From a virus (Duplodnaviria; Caudoviricetes): DNA of 63,282 nt. The DNA is taken from positions 1 through 63,282 of IMG/VR virus record IMGVR_UViG_3300043772_000427. One strand, 5' to 3'. Below the pieces are notes generated by a model. The model did no database searches. It was not told the DNA's origin and saw only the letters and a program-made list of their open reading frames with translations. Numbering within the stretch: position 1 is the first letter of the stretch; every line of letters begins with the position of its first letter. Positions 9,387-17,529 of the stretch are shown here, piece by piece. A program made the translations under genes and the position numbers.

Positions 9387-9980
9387 ATGAGCAAAGCAAC
9401 AAAACCCCAAGAGACAATCGTCTCGTCGTTCAAAGATGCCGCATACCAATCGGCAAGGTCTAGTGAAACAATGGCAGTCATTGCCCGTTTTGTATACGAG
9501 CAGTGTCCTACATTCTGCGAATCACAACCAGATGAGGTCAAGACTCAACTGCGCCTCGGATGGGCTTTGAGATGGCAAGAGTTAAACCCTGCCACAGTAT
9601 TCGACAATGACTGGAAACCAAACCCCAAGGGAGGTTTTACCAATAGTCTGGATTACTGCTTGTCATACTCTCAACAAGCATTTGGGCAACTCAAAGAGGC
9701 CGATCCAATCAAGCATGGTGTCATCAAGGCCGTGCGTGATAACTTTAACAAGTATTGTTCCAATCGTCTTGCCGATCTCAAGGTTGCCGTGCGTAGAGTT
9801 GAGAATGAGGGCAAGCCCAAGGTCAAAGCCCCCACAAAACAATTTGATGATTTCATCAAAGAGTTGTTTACCACAGTCAAAGCCCGTGCCAAAACTGCCA
9901 ATGCACGAGGCGACACAACTGCACCCAATGAGGTTAAATTGCGCCAAGCAATCGATCTGTTTAACAATGCTTTGAAGTAA
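9387..9980 (+). CDS. early hypothetical protein, paralog B
   Basis: 197 aa with GGAG RBS; paralog of 8556-9164. Confidence 0.9.
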   Translation: MSKATKPQETIVSSFKDAAYQSARSSETMAVIARFVYEQCPTFCESQPDEVKTQLRLGWALRWQELNPATVFDNDWKPNPKGGFTNSLDYCLSYSQQAFGQLKEADPIKHGVIKAVRDNFNKYCSNRLADLKVAVRRVENEGKPKVKAPTKQFDDFIKELFTTVKARAKTANARGDTTAPNEVKLRQAIDLFNNALK

Positions 9981-9987
9981 GCATCTG

Positions 9988-10018
9988 TGCACCGCCAGTT
10001 AACGCTGGCGGTGCATTT
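9988..10018 (+). terminator. probable terminator hairpin
   Basis: TGCACCGCCAG-TTAACG-CTGGCGGTGCA with only a short T run. Confidence 0.6.
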
Positions 10019-10102
10019 GATACCAGTTATGAGTCCTCGCGTGCGCTAAGTGCGTGCGTGTGAGCCAAGCCGATCAACTACCGTTTCAGGGGTGCGTGAA
10101 AT
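10017..10102 (+). repeat. structured intergenic element E3 (no promoter part)
   Basis: TTGATACCAGTTAT, GC/GT hairpin, CCAAGC, CGTTTCA-N8-TGAAA. Confidence 0.85.
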
Positions 10103-10146
10103 GGGTAAGCAAGTAACAGCCATTGATTATCTCAAGAGACATGTCC

Positions 10147-10690
10147 TGTGGATAACTTTATTTGTTCCAAGATTCCAACTGGACTGGAACTTTGGAATCG
10201 CTAATTGGAATCTTGGAATCTGAGTAAAAACAAAATTCCAACTTGGAATTCCAGTATTTGCCTCTTATGTAAAGTTGTTCCAATTTGGAACACAAAATTG
10301 GAATCTTGTAAGTGCTTGATTTTAAACAAGAAAACACCACTTTTGACCTAAAAATTCCAAAATTCCAGTTTTTCAAAAGGACAAAGCTGGTTGGAGCAAT
10401 AATTTGGAAGAGCAAGACTGTGTCAGCAAGTGCGATGTCCCACAAAACAGCAAATTATGGTGTTTTTCTCATTTTGCCCGACGTCCCTGCAAATCGCTGG
10501 AATCTTGGAATTTTGGAATAAATATAATTTTTTTTTTTTTTTACTACTACTACTACTCTACTCTTTATATTCATTTCATAACCTTAGTAGTACTTTTCCA
10601 GATTCCAATTCACCCCAATTTGTTCCAAAAACCCGTTCCAATAACCCCCCAAAAAGTCTAACTGTACATATCCAATTCCAATCCCTGTAC
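10147..10690. other. putative replication origin
   Basis: Gene-free and AT-rich. Nine exact TTCCAA and nine exact TTGGAA hexamers, a DnaA-box match (10147-10155), an IHF consensus match (10309-10321) and a T15 tract (10528-10542). Confidence 0.65.
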
Positions 10691-10711
10691 ACTACGCCCC
10701 AAGCCCTGCAC

Positions 10712-10781
10712 CTCAACAAAGTCACCCCACACCCCTATGTTTATAAGTAAAGTTATGTTACAATTGAGTCTGAGTCGGGGA
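10712..10781 (+). promoter_or_regulatory. class-II promoter repeat, copy 1 (extended -10 TGtTACAAT)
   Basis: Near-identical to 12450-12519 (CTCAACAAAGT...CCCTATGTTTATAnGTAAAGTTATGnTACAAT...GTCGGGGA). Confidence 0.75.
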
Positions 10782-10842
10782 ATAAGCGCCTGCAAACCTC
10801 TCCAACTCAAGCCTTTGCCAACCCCAAGACGACCAACAATCG

Positions 10843-10860
10843 TTTCACGGGTGGGTGAAA
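10843..10860. promoter_or_regulatory. TTTCA-N8-TGAAA palindrome (putative operator)
   Basis: One of six copies; lies in the leader upstream of 10902. Confidence 0.65.
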
Positions 10861-10901
10861 TCAAGTTAGTTCAATTCAGTTCAATTTAGTTAGGAGTCAT
10901 C

Positions 10902-11237
10902 ATGAAAGCTAAGTTTGTCGTCTCTCCCTCCCTCGTTGCCAAAATGCAACGCGAGATGCTCGACCATCTCCCCCGTTCTATCCGCAAGACATTGCGCATT
11001 ACAACCCCCAAGGCACAACCCATTGCCAAAACACCCATCGACACAGACCAAATCGTGTCGGACTGGCTAGCGATTCACGACCCCATGAACGAGTCGCACT
11101 ACTACTGCACAAACACAGTTGACCCTGCGTTTGACTTCGATGAATTCCGCGACATCGACAACGAGTACGAGGGTCTGACAGTTGTCAGTATGGGCAAAGA
11201 CACAAGACGTTGGCTCAAGGGCTACAACATCCTCTGA
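10902..11237 (+). CDS. hypothetical protein
   Basis: 111 aa with TAGGAG RBS. Confidence 0.8.
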   Translation: MKAKFVVSPSLVAKMQREMLDHLPRSIRKTLRITTPKAQPIAKTPIDTDQIVSDWLAIHDPMNESHYYCTNTVDPAFDFDEFRDIDNEYEGLTVVSMGKDTRRWLKGYNIL

Positions 11238-11258
11238 ACAAATTACAAAGGAAACAAC

Positions 11259-11411
11259 ATGACTGATATAAACATTGTGCTGATGGAGATAGCACGTATA
11301 GCCTTGGAAGACGAGGCTACTTTCAACCGCATCGGGCATGAGCTTGACTTGTCCGATGAGGAACTTAACAAAGTCCGTGCCCATGTTGCGCTAGAGGAGG
11401 AAACAACATGA
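11259..11411 (+). CDS. small hypothetical protein (50 aa; not in the ORF track)
   Basis: AAGGA RBS; MTDINIVLMEIARIAL...; ATGA overlap with 11408. Confidence 0.65.
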   Translation: MTDINIVLMEIARIALEDEATFNRIGHELDLSDEELNKVRAHVALEEETT

Positions 11412-11671
11412 AACATTACATTGGTGAAGTCGAGACTTATTTCGGTGAAAGTGAGGTCAGTACTATGATTAAGTTCAAGACTGATTCACACCCCGATGAA
11501 TACCTAGATAAAGTTGCTTCAGACTTTTGGGGTAACGAGGGTGAGCAGATTGGTGACGAGACTGTCAGCATCTACGACTTCGGTGATAAGAACGCAAGCG
11601 CAGGGCGTTGGCAAGAGATTGATGCCGACATGTTCAACAAACTAACTTTAATTGTGGAGATAGTGCGATGA
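11408..11671 (+). CDS. acidic hypothetical protein
   Basis: 87 aa with GAGGAGG RBS. Confidence 0.75.
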   Translation: MKHYIGEVETYFGESEVSTMIKFKTDSHPDEYLDKVASDFWGNEGEQIGDETVSIYDFGDKNASAGRWQEIDADMFNKLTLIVEIVR

Positions 11672-11871
11672 AAGTAAGAGACATACGCAAGCGCAGGGCA
11701 AAGAGCAAGTACCAATCCAATGGTTCGTTCAGCTTCTTACGCCTGAGTCAGACTAAGCGTTGCCGTACCTACGAGGAGGGATGCTTTATCTGTGACCCAT
11801 GGCACTTCTACGACACGCACAAGCGTTTCCCCACATGGCACGAATTGATGGATGAAGGAGTAATGAAATGA
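11668..11871 (+). CDS. hypothetical protein (Cys-containing)
   Basis: 67 aa with ATGA coupling. Confidence 0.7.
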   Translation: MKVRDIRKRRAKSKYQSNGSFSFLRLSQTKRCRTYEEGCFICDPWHFYDTHKRFPTWHELMDEGVMK

Positions 11872-12041
11872 AAGCATGGAAAGGTGTGGTGATAACCACA
11901 TATCAGGAAGAAATCACAGTACTGGCTGACACGAAAGAGGAAGCCGAGTTACTCATGTACGACCGCGCAAACCCAATGGGTGACAGCATAAGTGGTGAGA
12001 TGGAAGTGCATGACTTAATTGAATTGGGAGAAACAAAATGA
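11868..12041 (+). CDS. small acidic hypothetical protein (57 aa; not in the ORF track)
   Basis: AAGGAG RBS; MKAWKGVVITTYQEEITVLADTKEEAE...; ATGA coupling on both sides. Confidence 0.7.
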   Translation: MKAWKGVVITTYQEEITVLADTKEEAELLMYDRANPMGDSISGEMEVHDLIELGETK

Positions 12042-12229
12042 AAATGGTATGGATACTGTGGAGCAACGATATGTTCAGCAGTAAGGTAAAGCACGATGAC
12101 AAGCAAGGCGTTCACATTGTTGAGTTGTTTGCTCACAAGATTGATGCCGAGGCGTTCATGCGTATATGCAGGGAGGAAGATGACCCGATTGGTGGTCGCT
12201 ATTGGATACAAGAAAGGGAAGTGAAATGA
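12038..12229 (+). CDS. hypothetical protein
   Basis: 63 aa, translationally coupled. Confidence 0.7.
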   Translation: MKMVWILWSNDMFSSKVKHDDKQGVHIVELFAHKIDAEAFMRICREEDDPIGGRYWIQEREVK

Positions 12230-12435
12230 CTGACCAACAGAACTTACCCACAATACACGTTCGCGTAATGGATGTGTATGGGAAGAGAGTTGTTTACCCC
12301 GTGTGCGACCATGCCAAAGTGTTTGCCAGTATCGCGGGCACAAAGACTCTGACTGAAGTAACTCTCAGATGTATTCAGAAGCTCGGCTATGAGATACATG
12401 TCATACCGCAAGAGCCTTTAACGCTAGACCTTTAA
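12226..12435 (+). CDS. hypothetical protein
   Basis: Start at MTDQQ; DVYG...YPVC..AK.FA.IAGTKTLT motif. Confidence 0.7.
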   Translation: MTDQQNLPTIHVRVMDVYGKRVVYPVCDHAKVFASIAGTKTLTEVTLRCIQKLGYEIHVIPQEPLTLDL

Positions 12436-12449
12436 CGCTATACATATAG

Positions 12450-12519
12450 CTCAACAAAGTTGGGGTAAATCCCTATGTTTATATGTAAAGTTATGGTACA
12501 ATGGAATCTGTGTCGGGGA
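12450..12519 (+). promoter_or_regulatory. class-II promoter repeat, copy 2 (extended -10 TGgTACAAT)
   Basis: Repeat of 10712-10781. Followed by a leader hairpin (12508-12533) and TTTCA-N8-TGAAA (12547-12564). Confidence 0.75.
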
Positions 12520-12596
12520 GTAACTCGACACAGCCATCACTTACCGTTTCACGGTACGGTGAAATTCAATTCAGTTTTATTTAGTCAGGAGATAGT

Positions 12597-12878
12597 ATGG
12601 GACAGTTCAAAAACATCGACACAATCCTGCGTCAAATCGCAGACGACACCAACGTACATCCATCCATCCGCGATGCGATGCGCAACACATCCGTAAAGCA
12701 AGCACCTGTCGACAAAGTGTATTTGCTTCTTTGCGACGGCAATGTGACCGACGTATTCACCGACAAAGACATGGCGATGTACGACCTGCATACATGCATC
12801 AAGGCAGACGAGGCAGAGGGTCTTGACCATGAGTGGAAAGTCATTGTCCGTCAGCTCACAACCACAACCCTTCCATGA
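12597..12878 (+). CDS. hypothetical protein
   Basis: 93 aa with AGGAG RBS. Confidence 0.75.
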   Translation: MGQFKNIDTILRQIADDTNVHPSIRDAMRNTSVKQAPVDKVYLLLCDGNVTDVFTDKDMAMYDLHTCIKADEAEGLDHEWKVIVRQLTTTTLP

Positions 12879-13078
12879 TACCTAGCTGTTCAGCCTGTGG
12901 TGAACTTTACTCTGCACAACGCCATCGCATGGGATATACATTGTGTATGCCATGTGGCGAGAAACACGCGCGTAGTACCAAACACACTATCGTGCCGATG
13001 CCCAAGTCCAACTACATCGTTGTGACTGATCGTTCTCTATTACTTAATCTCAACTCAAGCCACAAGGGAGGCCGTTAA
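12875..13078 (+). CDS. small CxxC-CxxC zinc-finger protein
   Basis: CSAC...R...GY.LCMPC, resembling a DksA/TraR-type C4 finger. Confidence 0.65.
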   Translation: MIPSCSACGELYSAQRHRMGYTLCMPCGEKHARSTKHTIVPMPKSNYIVVTDRSLLLNLNSSHKGGR

Positions 13079-13079
13079 C

Positions 13080-13988
13080 ATGAACTTCGAACTTCAACAA
13101 CCCAACCACATCATCTCACTTGCAACGTCAGCACTCGTTGTCTGCGTGGATGTCAACGTGTGGACTGCAACGAAACAGGATCGCGCCATCTCTAACGAGG
13201 TGACAACATCTAAGAAAGCCTCTGCTGATGCAGGCAAGTTCACCAAGAACTTACTCTCCGATTCACCCGATCACAAGGCGCTACTGAACTATCGGCAGAC
13301 CGTGTATAACTGGCTTCAGAGGTCGACATACGACTGGGCGGGCTCAATGCGTCTGCTTCCAACGATCAACCTTGAGAAGTTCAAGAAAGAGTACGCCCAA
13401 CATGAGGCCGACTTCAAAGCTCTGCTCGAGAAGTTTATTACTGCATACCCGCAGATTGTCAGCGATGCGGCGTTCAAACAAGGCGATATGTTTAATCGTT
13501 CAGAGTACCCTGAACCTGAAGAAGTTCGCACCAAGTTCCGCATGCGTCTGCATGTACAGAAAGTACCGCAGGCTGACTTTCGTTCGTCTGTGAGCGAAGC
13601 ATTGGCAGAAGATTTGAAGAACCACTACGAGCGTCAAACACAGGAGATCATCAACGCTGTGATGGACGATGCATCCGAGCGTCTTGTAGAGATTGCTTCA
13701 CGGTTAGCCAACGCATGTACCGAGGCAACGCCCGACGAGGATGGCAAGGTAAGGCGCAAGAAGATATACGACAGTACTGTGAGCCAAGCCAAGGAGATTT
13801 GCAAGACCATCGAGAACTTCAACCTGACAAACAACAAGGCATTATCACAAGCAGTAGTAGACCTTAGCTTTGCGCTTGACGGTATCAGCACAGAGGATTT
13901 GCGTGAGAGTTCTTATACACGAAGCGTAGTCAAAGAGAATGTCGATGACATGCTGTCTAAATTTAAACCGATAAGGAGTTTTGTATGA
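13080..13988 (+). CDS. DUF3150-like helical protein
   Basis: 302 aa with W.A.K.D and YP...E motifs, upstream of the AAA+/vWA pair. Family assigned from memory. Confidence 0.55.
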   Translation: MNFELQQPNHIISLATSALVVCVDVNVWTATKQDRAISNEVTTSKKASADAGKFTKNLLSDSPDHKALLNYRQTVYNWLQRSTYDWAGSMRLLPTINLEKFKKEYAQHEADFKALLEKFITAYPQIVSDAAFKQGDMFNRSEYPEPEEVRTKFRMRLHVQKVPQADFRSSVSEALAEDLKNHYERQTQEIINAVMDDASERLVEIASRLANACTEATPDEDGKVRRKKIYDSTVSQAKEICKTIENFNLTNNKALSQAVVDLSFALDGISTEDLRESSYTRSVVKENVDDMLSKFKPIRSFV

Positions 13989-14170
13989 CCGACCTAGAGA
14001 TCGTATTGTTGATTGCGTTTGCAGTCATGACATTCATGTACTTCAAGGCGCAACGTCGTGTTGTGTTCTTGTCATGCACATTGGTTGCGATAGGCATGAA
14101 GGAGGCGTATGTTGAAGTAGATGAAGTAGAGAAAACATACACCATCAAGCAACTGAAAATTAACAAGTAA
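13985..14170 (+). CDS. small membrane protein
   Basis: 61 aa with an N-terminal hydrophobic segment. Confidence 0.65.
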   Translation: MTDLEIVLLIAFAVMTFMYFKAQRRVVFLSCTLVAIGMKEAYVEVDEVEKTYTIKQLKINK

Positions 14171-14210
14171 TCATTCACCCAACCCTGAAACATTAACCGA
14201 AGGAAACACC

Positions 14211-15281
14211 ATGTCTAAAATCAATTTCAACCTGAACATTACCATCGATGACTGCGCAAACGTCATCAAGACAATCGGTAATTCAATTACTCCCATCATT
14301 GTCTCTGAGCCTGGTTGTGGCAAGTCATCAATCCTGAAGATGCTTGAGGCTGATCTCGGTACTGATGAGTATGACTTCATCTATGTCGACTGTCCTGTTA
14401 AAGACATGATGGACGTTGCGGCATCGATCCCCAACCATGCAAGCAAGACTCTTGAGTATTATGTGTCGTCTCTCTTCAAGCTAGGCAACGGCAAGAAGAA
14501 AGTCATCATGCTTGACGAGTTCATGAAGTCTCCCAAGCTATTGCAGATTATCTTCACCCGACTCATGCTCGAGCGTAGTGTTGGCGATGAACCCCTGCCC
14601 GAGGGTAGCATCGTGTTCGGTACAAGTAACAATGCAAGCGATGGTGTAGGCGACAGCATGTTGGCTCACGTTGGTAATCGTGTGTGTATCTTGCACATGA
14701 GCAAGCCCAATGCAGAGTTGTGGAATGTGTGGGCGACTAAGCACAAGGTTGCTAGACCGATTCGTGCATGGGTGGCGATGACTCCCAAGGCCATGCGTAG
14801 CTATCTGGACGGTGATGAGAGCGACAACCCATATATATTTAAACCATCATCTCCCGCACGTTCATTCGTGTCGCCTCGTTCATTGGCGAAAGCATCTCCC
14901 ATTGTGGAAGCTAAGGACATCATCGGTGAACACGCAATGATGGCGGCGTTGGCAGGCACTATCGGTGAAGCGGCGGCTAAGAGTATGTCAGCGTTCATTG
15001 CACTCGAAGGTAAGTTGATCTCATTCGCTGATGTGTTGAAAGCACCATCAACCATTAAAGTTCCTGACGATGTGTCAGCGCAAGTCATGATGATGTTCGA
15101 GGCGGTCGACGTAGTAGAGACTCAGGATGAGCTGAACAAGTACATGCAGTTCGTTGAGCGTATTCCGTCCTCTGAAGTTCAGTCTGTGTTCTTCACGATG
15201 ATTATGCGCGGTAAGCCTCGCATTGCGCGATACAACCAAGCGATCAACACTTGGGCATCAAACAACCACAAGTTGATGTGA
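14211..15281 (+). CDS. AAA+ ATPase (MoxR/dynein-related type)
   Basis: Walker A SEPGCGKS, Walker B IMLDEF, sensor GTSN, NR arginine finger, SPRS motif. Confidence 0.85.
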   Translation: MSKINFNLNITIDDCANVIKTIGNSITPIIVSEPGCGKSSILKMLEADLGTDEYDFIYVDCPVKDMMDVAASIPNHASKTLEYYVSSLFKLGNGKKKVIMLDEFMKSPKLLQIIFTRLMLERSVGDEPLPEGSIVFGTSNNASDGVGDSMLAHVGNRVCILHMSKPNAELWNVWATKHKVARPIRAWVAMTPKAMRSYLDGDESDNPYIFKPSSPARSFVSPRSLAKASPIVEAKDIIGEHAMMAALAGTIGEAAAKSMSAFIALEGKLISFADVLKAPSTIKVPDDVSAQVMMMFEAVDVVETQDELNKYMQFVERIPSSEVQSVFFTMIMRGKPRIARYNQAINTWASNNHKLM

Positions 15282-15289
15282 GGTAATCA

Positions 15290-15379
15290 ATGCTGACCCA
15301 ATGGGAAAAGTTTGAGCGAGTGGCGTTGCTGATGTCACTCATTGTTTTATTGTTAGACCTTTTTTACTGGAGACCATAA
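15290..15379 (+). CDS. 29-aa membrane peptide (not in the ORF track)
   Basis: GAGG RBS; MLTQWEKFERVALLMSLIVLLLDLFYWRP; TAATG coupling to the next gene. Confidence 0.55.
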   Translation: MLTQWEKFERVALLMSLIVLLLDLFYWRP

Positions 15380-16575
15380 TGTTGACTGAAGAAGAACGCG
15401 TCAAGAAGGCGCACATTGCCATGATGAAACATCCTGAGACAGCTTTGTATTCAGGTGTGATGATGATGGGTACGACAGCCGTGATCGATGATGCGATAAC
15501 TGCATACACCGATGGTATCAACAAGCGTTACGGCAGAGCGTTCCTCAAAGCCGTGTGCAAGACAGACCAAGAAGTAGCAGGCTTAGTGCTTCATGAGAAT
15601 CTGCACATCGTATTGCGTCACATGCTCCACGGCATTGACATGTTCAGAGAAGATCGTCAGCGAGCCAACAAAGCGGCAGACTATGTTGTCAACGACATCA
15701 TCATGAACATCAAGGACAAGAACCTTGTGAAGCTACCCGAAGGCGGATGCTATGACCCCAAGTACCACAACATGAACATGCGTGAGGTGTACAAGTTATT
15801 GGAGGAAGAGGAGTGTGGTGGCGGAGGAAGTGGTGATTCAGGGGATGGTGAATCGCAAGGTGGAGGTGGTGAGTATTCGTTCGATGAGCACGACACCGAG
15901 GGCGATGGTAATCCGATGACTCCTGAGAAAGCCAAGGAAGTCGAGGCGCGTATCGACAGAGCGTTGCGTGAAGGCGCGTTGTTAGCGGGTCGCTTAGGTA
16001 TTGATCTGCCACGAGCAATCACAGACATTCTCAACCCGAAGGTGGACTGGCGTGAGGTGTTACGAGATTTTGTTTCTTCAGCGACGAAGGGCAAGGACGA
16101 GTACACATGGCGCAAGTTCAACCGCAGAGTGTTGCCCAATGATTTGTACATCCCAACTGTGGAGAACGAGACTATCGGAGAGATTGTCGTTGCTATCGAT
16201 ACATCGGGTTCGATTGGCGAGAAGGAACTCAATGAGTTCGCCTCGGAACTGGTCTCTATCTGTGAGGTCGTATCGCCCGAAGCTGTGCGCGTTCTGTGGT
16301 GGGACACTAAGGTTCATGGCGAGCAACTGTTCAAAGATGATTATCAGAACATCGGAGCAATGCTCAAGCCCTTGGGCGGCGGAGGAACTAAGGTTTCATG
16401 CGTGGCTGAATACATCAACAAGAAGCGTGTCAACGCTGAATGTGTATTGGTGTTCACCGACGGTTATGTTGAGAACGATGTTGCGTGGCAGATTTCAGCA
16501 CCGACATTGTGGATGGTGACAGAGAACGAGAGTTGGCAACCGCCAACAGGTAAGAAAGTTATGGTGAAGGAGTAA
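15379..16575 (+). CDS. HExxH metallopeptidase-like + vWA domain protein (DUF2201-like)
   Basis: TAYTDG, LHENLH, Gly/acidic linker, MIDAS DTSGS, GGGT, VFTDG. Confidence 0.85.
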   Translation: MLTEEERVKKAHIAMMKHPETALYSGVMMMGTTAVIDDAITAYTDGINKRYGRAFLKAVCKTDQEVAGLVLHENLHIVLRHMLHGIDMFREDRQRANKAADYVVNDIIMNIKDKNLVKLPEGGCYDPKYHNMNMREVYKLLEEEECGGGGSGDSGDGESQGGGGEYSFDEHDTEGDGNPMTPEKAKEVEARIDRALREGALLAGRLGIDLPRAITDILNPKVDWREVLRDFVSSATKGKDEYTWRKFNRRVLPNDLYIPTVENETIGEIVVAIDTSGSIGEKELNEFASELVSICEVVSPEAVRVLWWDTKVHGEQLFKDDYQNIGAMLKPLGGGGTKVSCVAEYINKKRVNAECVLVFTDGYVENDVAWQISAPTLWMVTENESWQPPTGKKVMVKE

Positions 16576-16577
16576 TC

Positions 16578-17519
16578 ATGGGTTTTTATGACATCAACAG
16601 AATTAGTTATGAGTCCTTGGCTAACACAGTCAAGAACAGCAAGCCTTATCGTGGCTCAGGCAATGCGTACCACTTAGGTGACAGGACATATTCATCGCGG
16701 CATTTCAGAGCGTTGGAGGATGGTTCATTCAGCATTTGGTATTCGCACCGAGAAATGATTGACAAACTTGAGAAAGGCGATTTGAAAGAGGGATGGTATG
16801 TAGGCAAGAAACCATTAGGCATTGTGCGCCCTGACAATTCGTTTGAGTTCACCACAATCAATGGACTGCATCAAGGTGAGAACACTCTCATGTCTGAATT
16901 GCTTGGTGTGTACATACATCAGGTGAAGGCTAAGGGCGGCGCGATCATGAGCGTTGGAGGTTTTGAAGACTATCCGATCTTCACAGGATTGCGGTTTGAT
17001 ATTGGAACTAAGAAGCCCCTGACGCAGTTCACAGTTGTTCAGCCTACCCTGAATCGCAAAAGATCAAACGCAATCATGAAGCAGTACAAAGAGTTTTTAG
17101 ATGTTTATCCGATGTACATCAAGGCAATGAACGACAAGGCGGCAATCGAAGTCATCAAAGATTTACACGATCAGACTGACAAGTTCAATGGTGCAAATTT
17201 CAACGCCAAGACATTGAAAGAGACAGTTGATAAGAAACATTATGTAGATGCGGCGTTCATACAGTATCTATTGCATAACCATTGGATTCGTAGCAACTTT
17301 AGATACCAACTAGGTGATGGCGGCTCAGGCGAACCAAGGATGCCGCGCGAATGGCAAGAAAGTGTTGAGAGTGTCATCGTTAGACATTTCCGTAAGACTA
17401 TTTTAGGAGAGATTGACGAAGCGTTTGATTGGGTGGAGTTACCCAAGGGTAAGTTATGTGCATCTTCATGGGATCACAAAATCGTTTCACCTACTGGTGA
17501 AGAATTTAAACAACTGTAA
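16578..17519 (+). CDS. hypothetical protein
   Basis: 313 aa with AAGGAG RBS. Confidence 0.8.
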   Translation: MGFYDINRISYESLANTVKNSKPYRGSGNAYHLGDRTYSSRHFRALEDGSFSIWYSHREMIDKLEKGDLKEGWYVGKKPLGIVRPDNSFEFTTINGLHQGENTLMSELLGVYIHQVKAKGGAIMSVGGFEDYPIFTGLRFDIGTKKPLTQFTVVQPTLNRKRSNAIMKQYKEFLDVYPMYIKAMNDKAAIEVIKDLHDQTDKFNGANFNAKTLKETVDKKHYVDAAFIQYLLHNHWIRSNFRYQLGDGGSGEPRMPREWQESVESVIVRHFRKTILGEIDEAFDWVELPKGKLCASSWDHKIVSPTGEEFKQL

Positions 17520-17529
17520 GGAGAGAGTT

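Noticed and set aside
8382-10102. E elements as integron attC sites, CRISPR repeats or a TIGR-like array
   Set aside because: The GTT...AAC order is opposite to attC (RYYYAAC...GTTRRRY). No integrase, Cas or Nop-domain gene is visible, and the units are about 800 bp apart rather than short-spaced.
10158-10864. ORFs overlapping the origin-like region
   Set aside because: Low-complexity translations of iterons and the poly-T tract, with no RBS.
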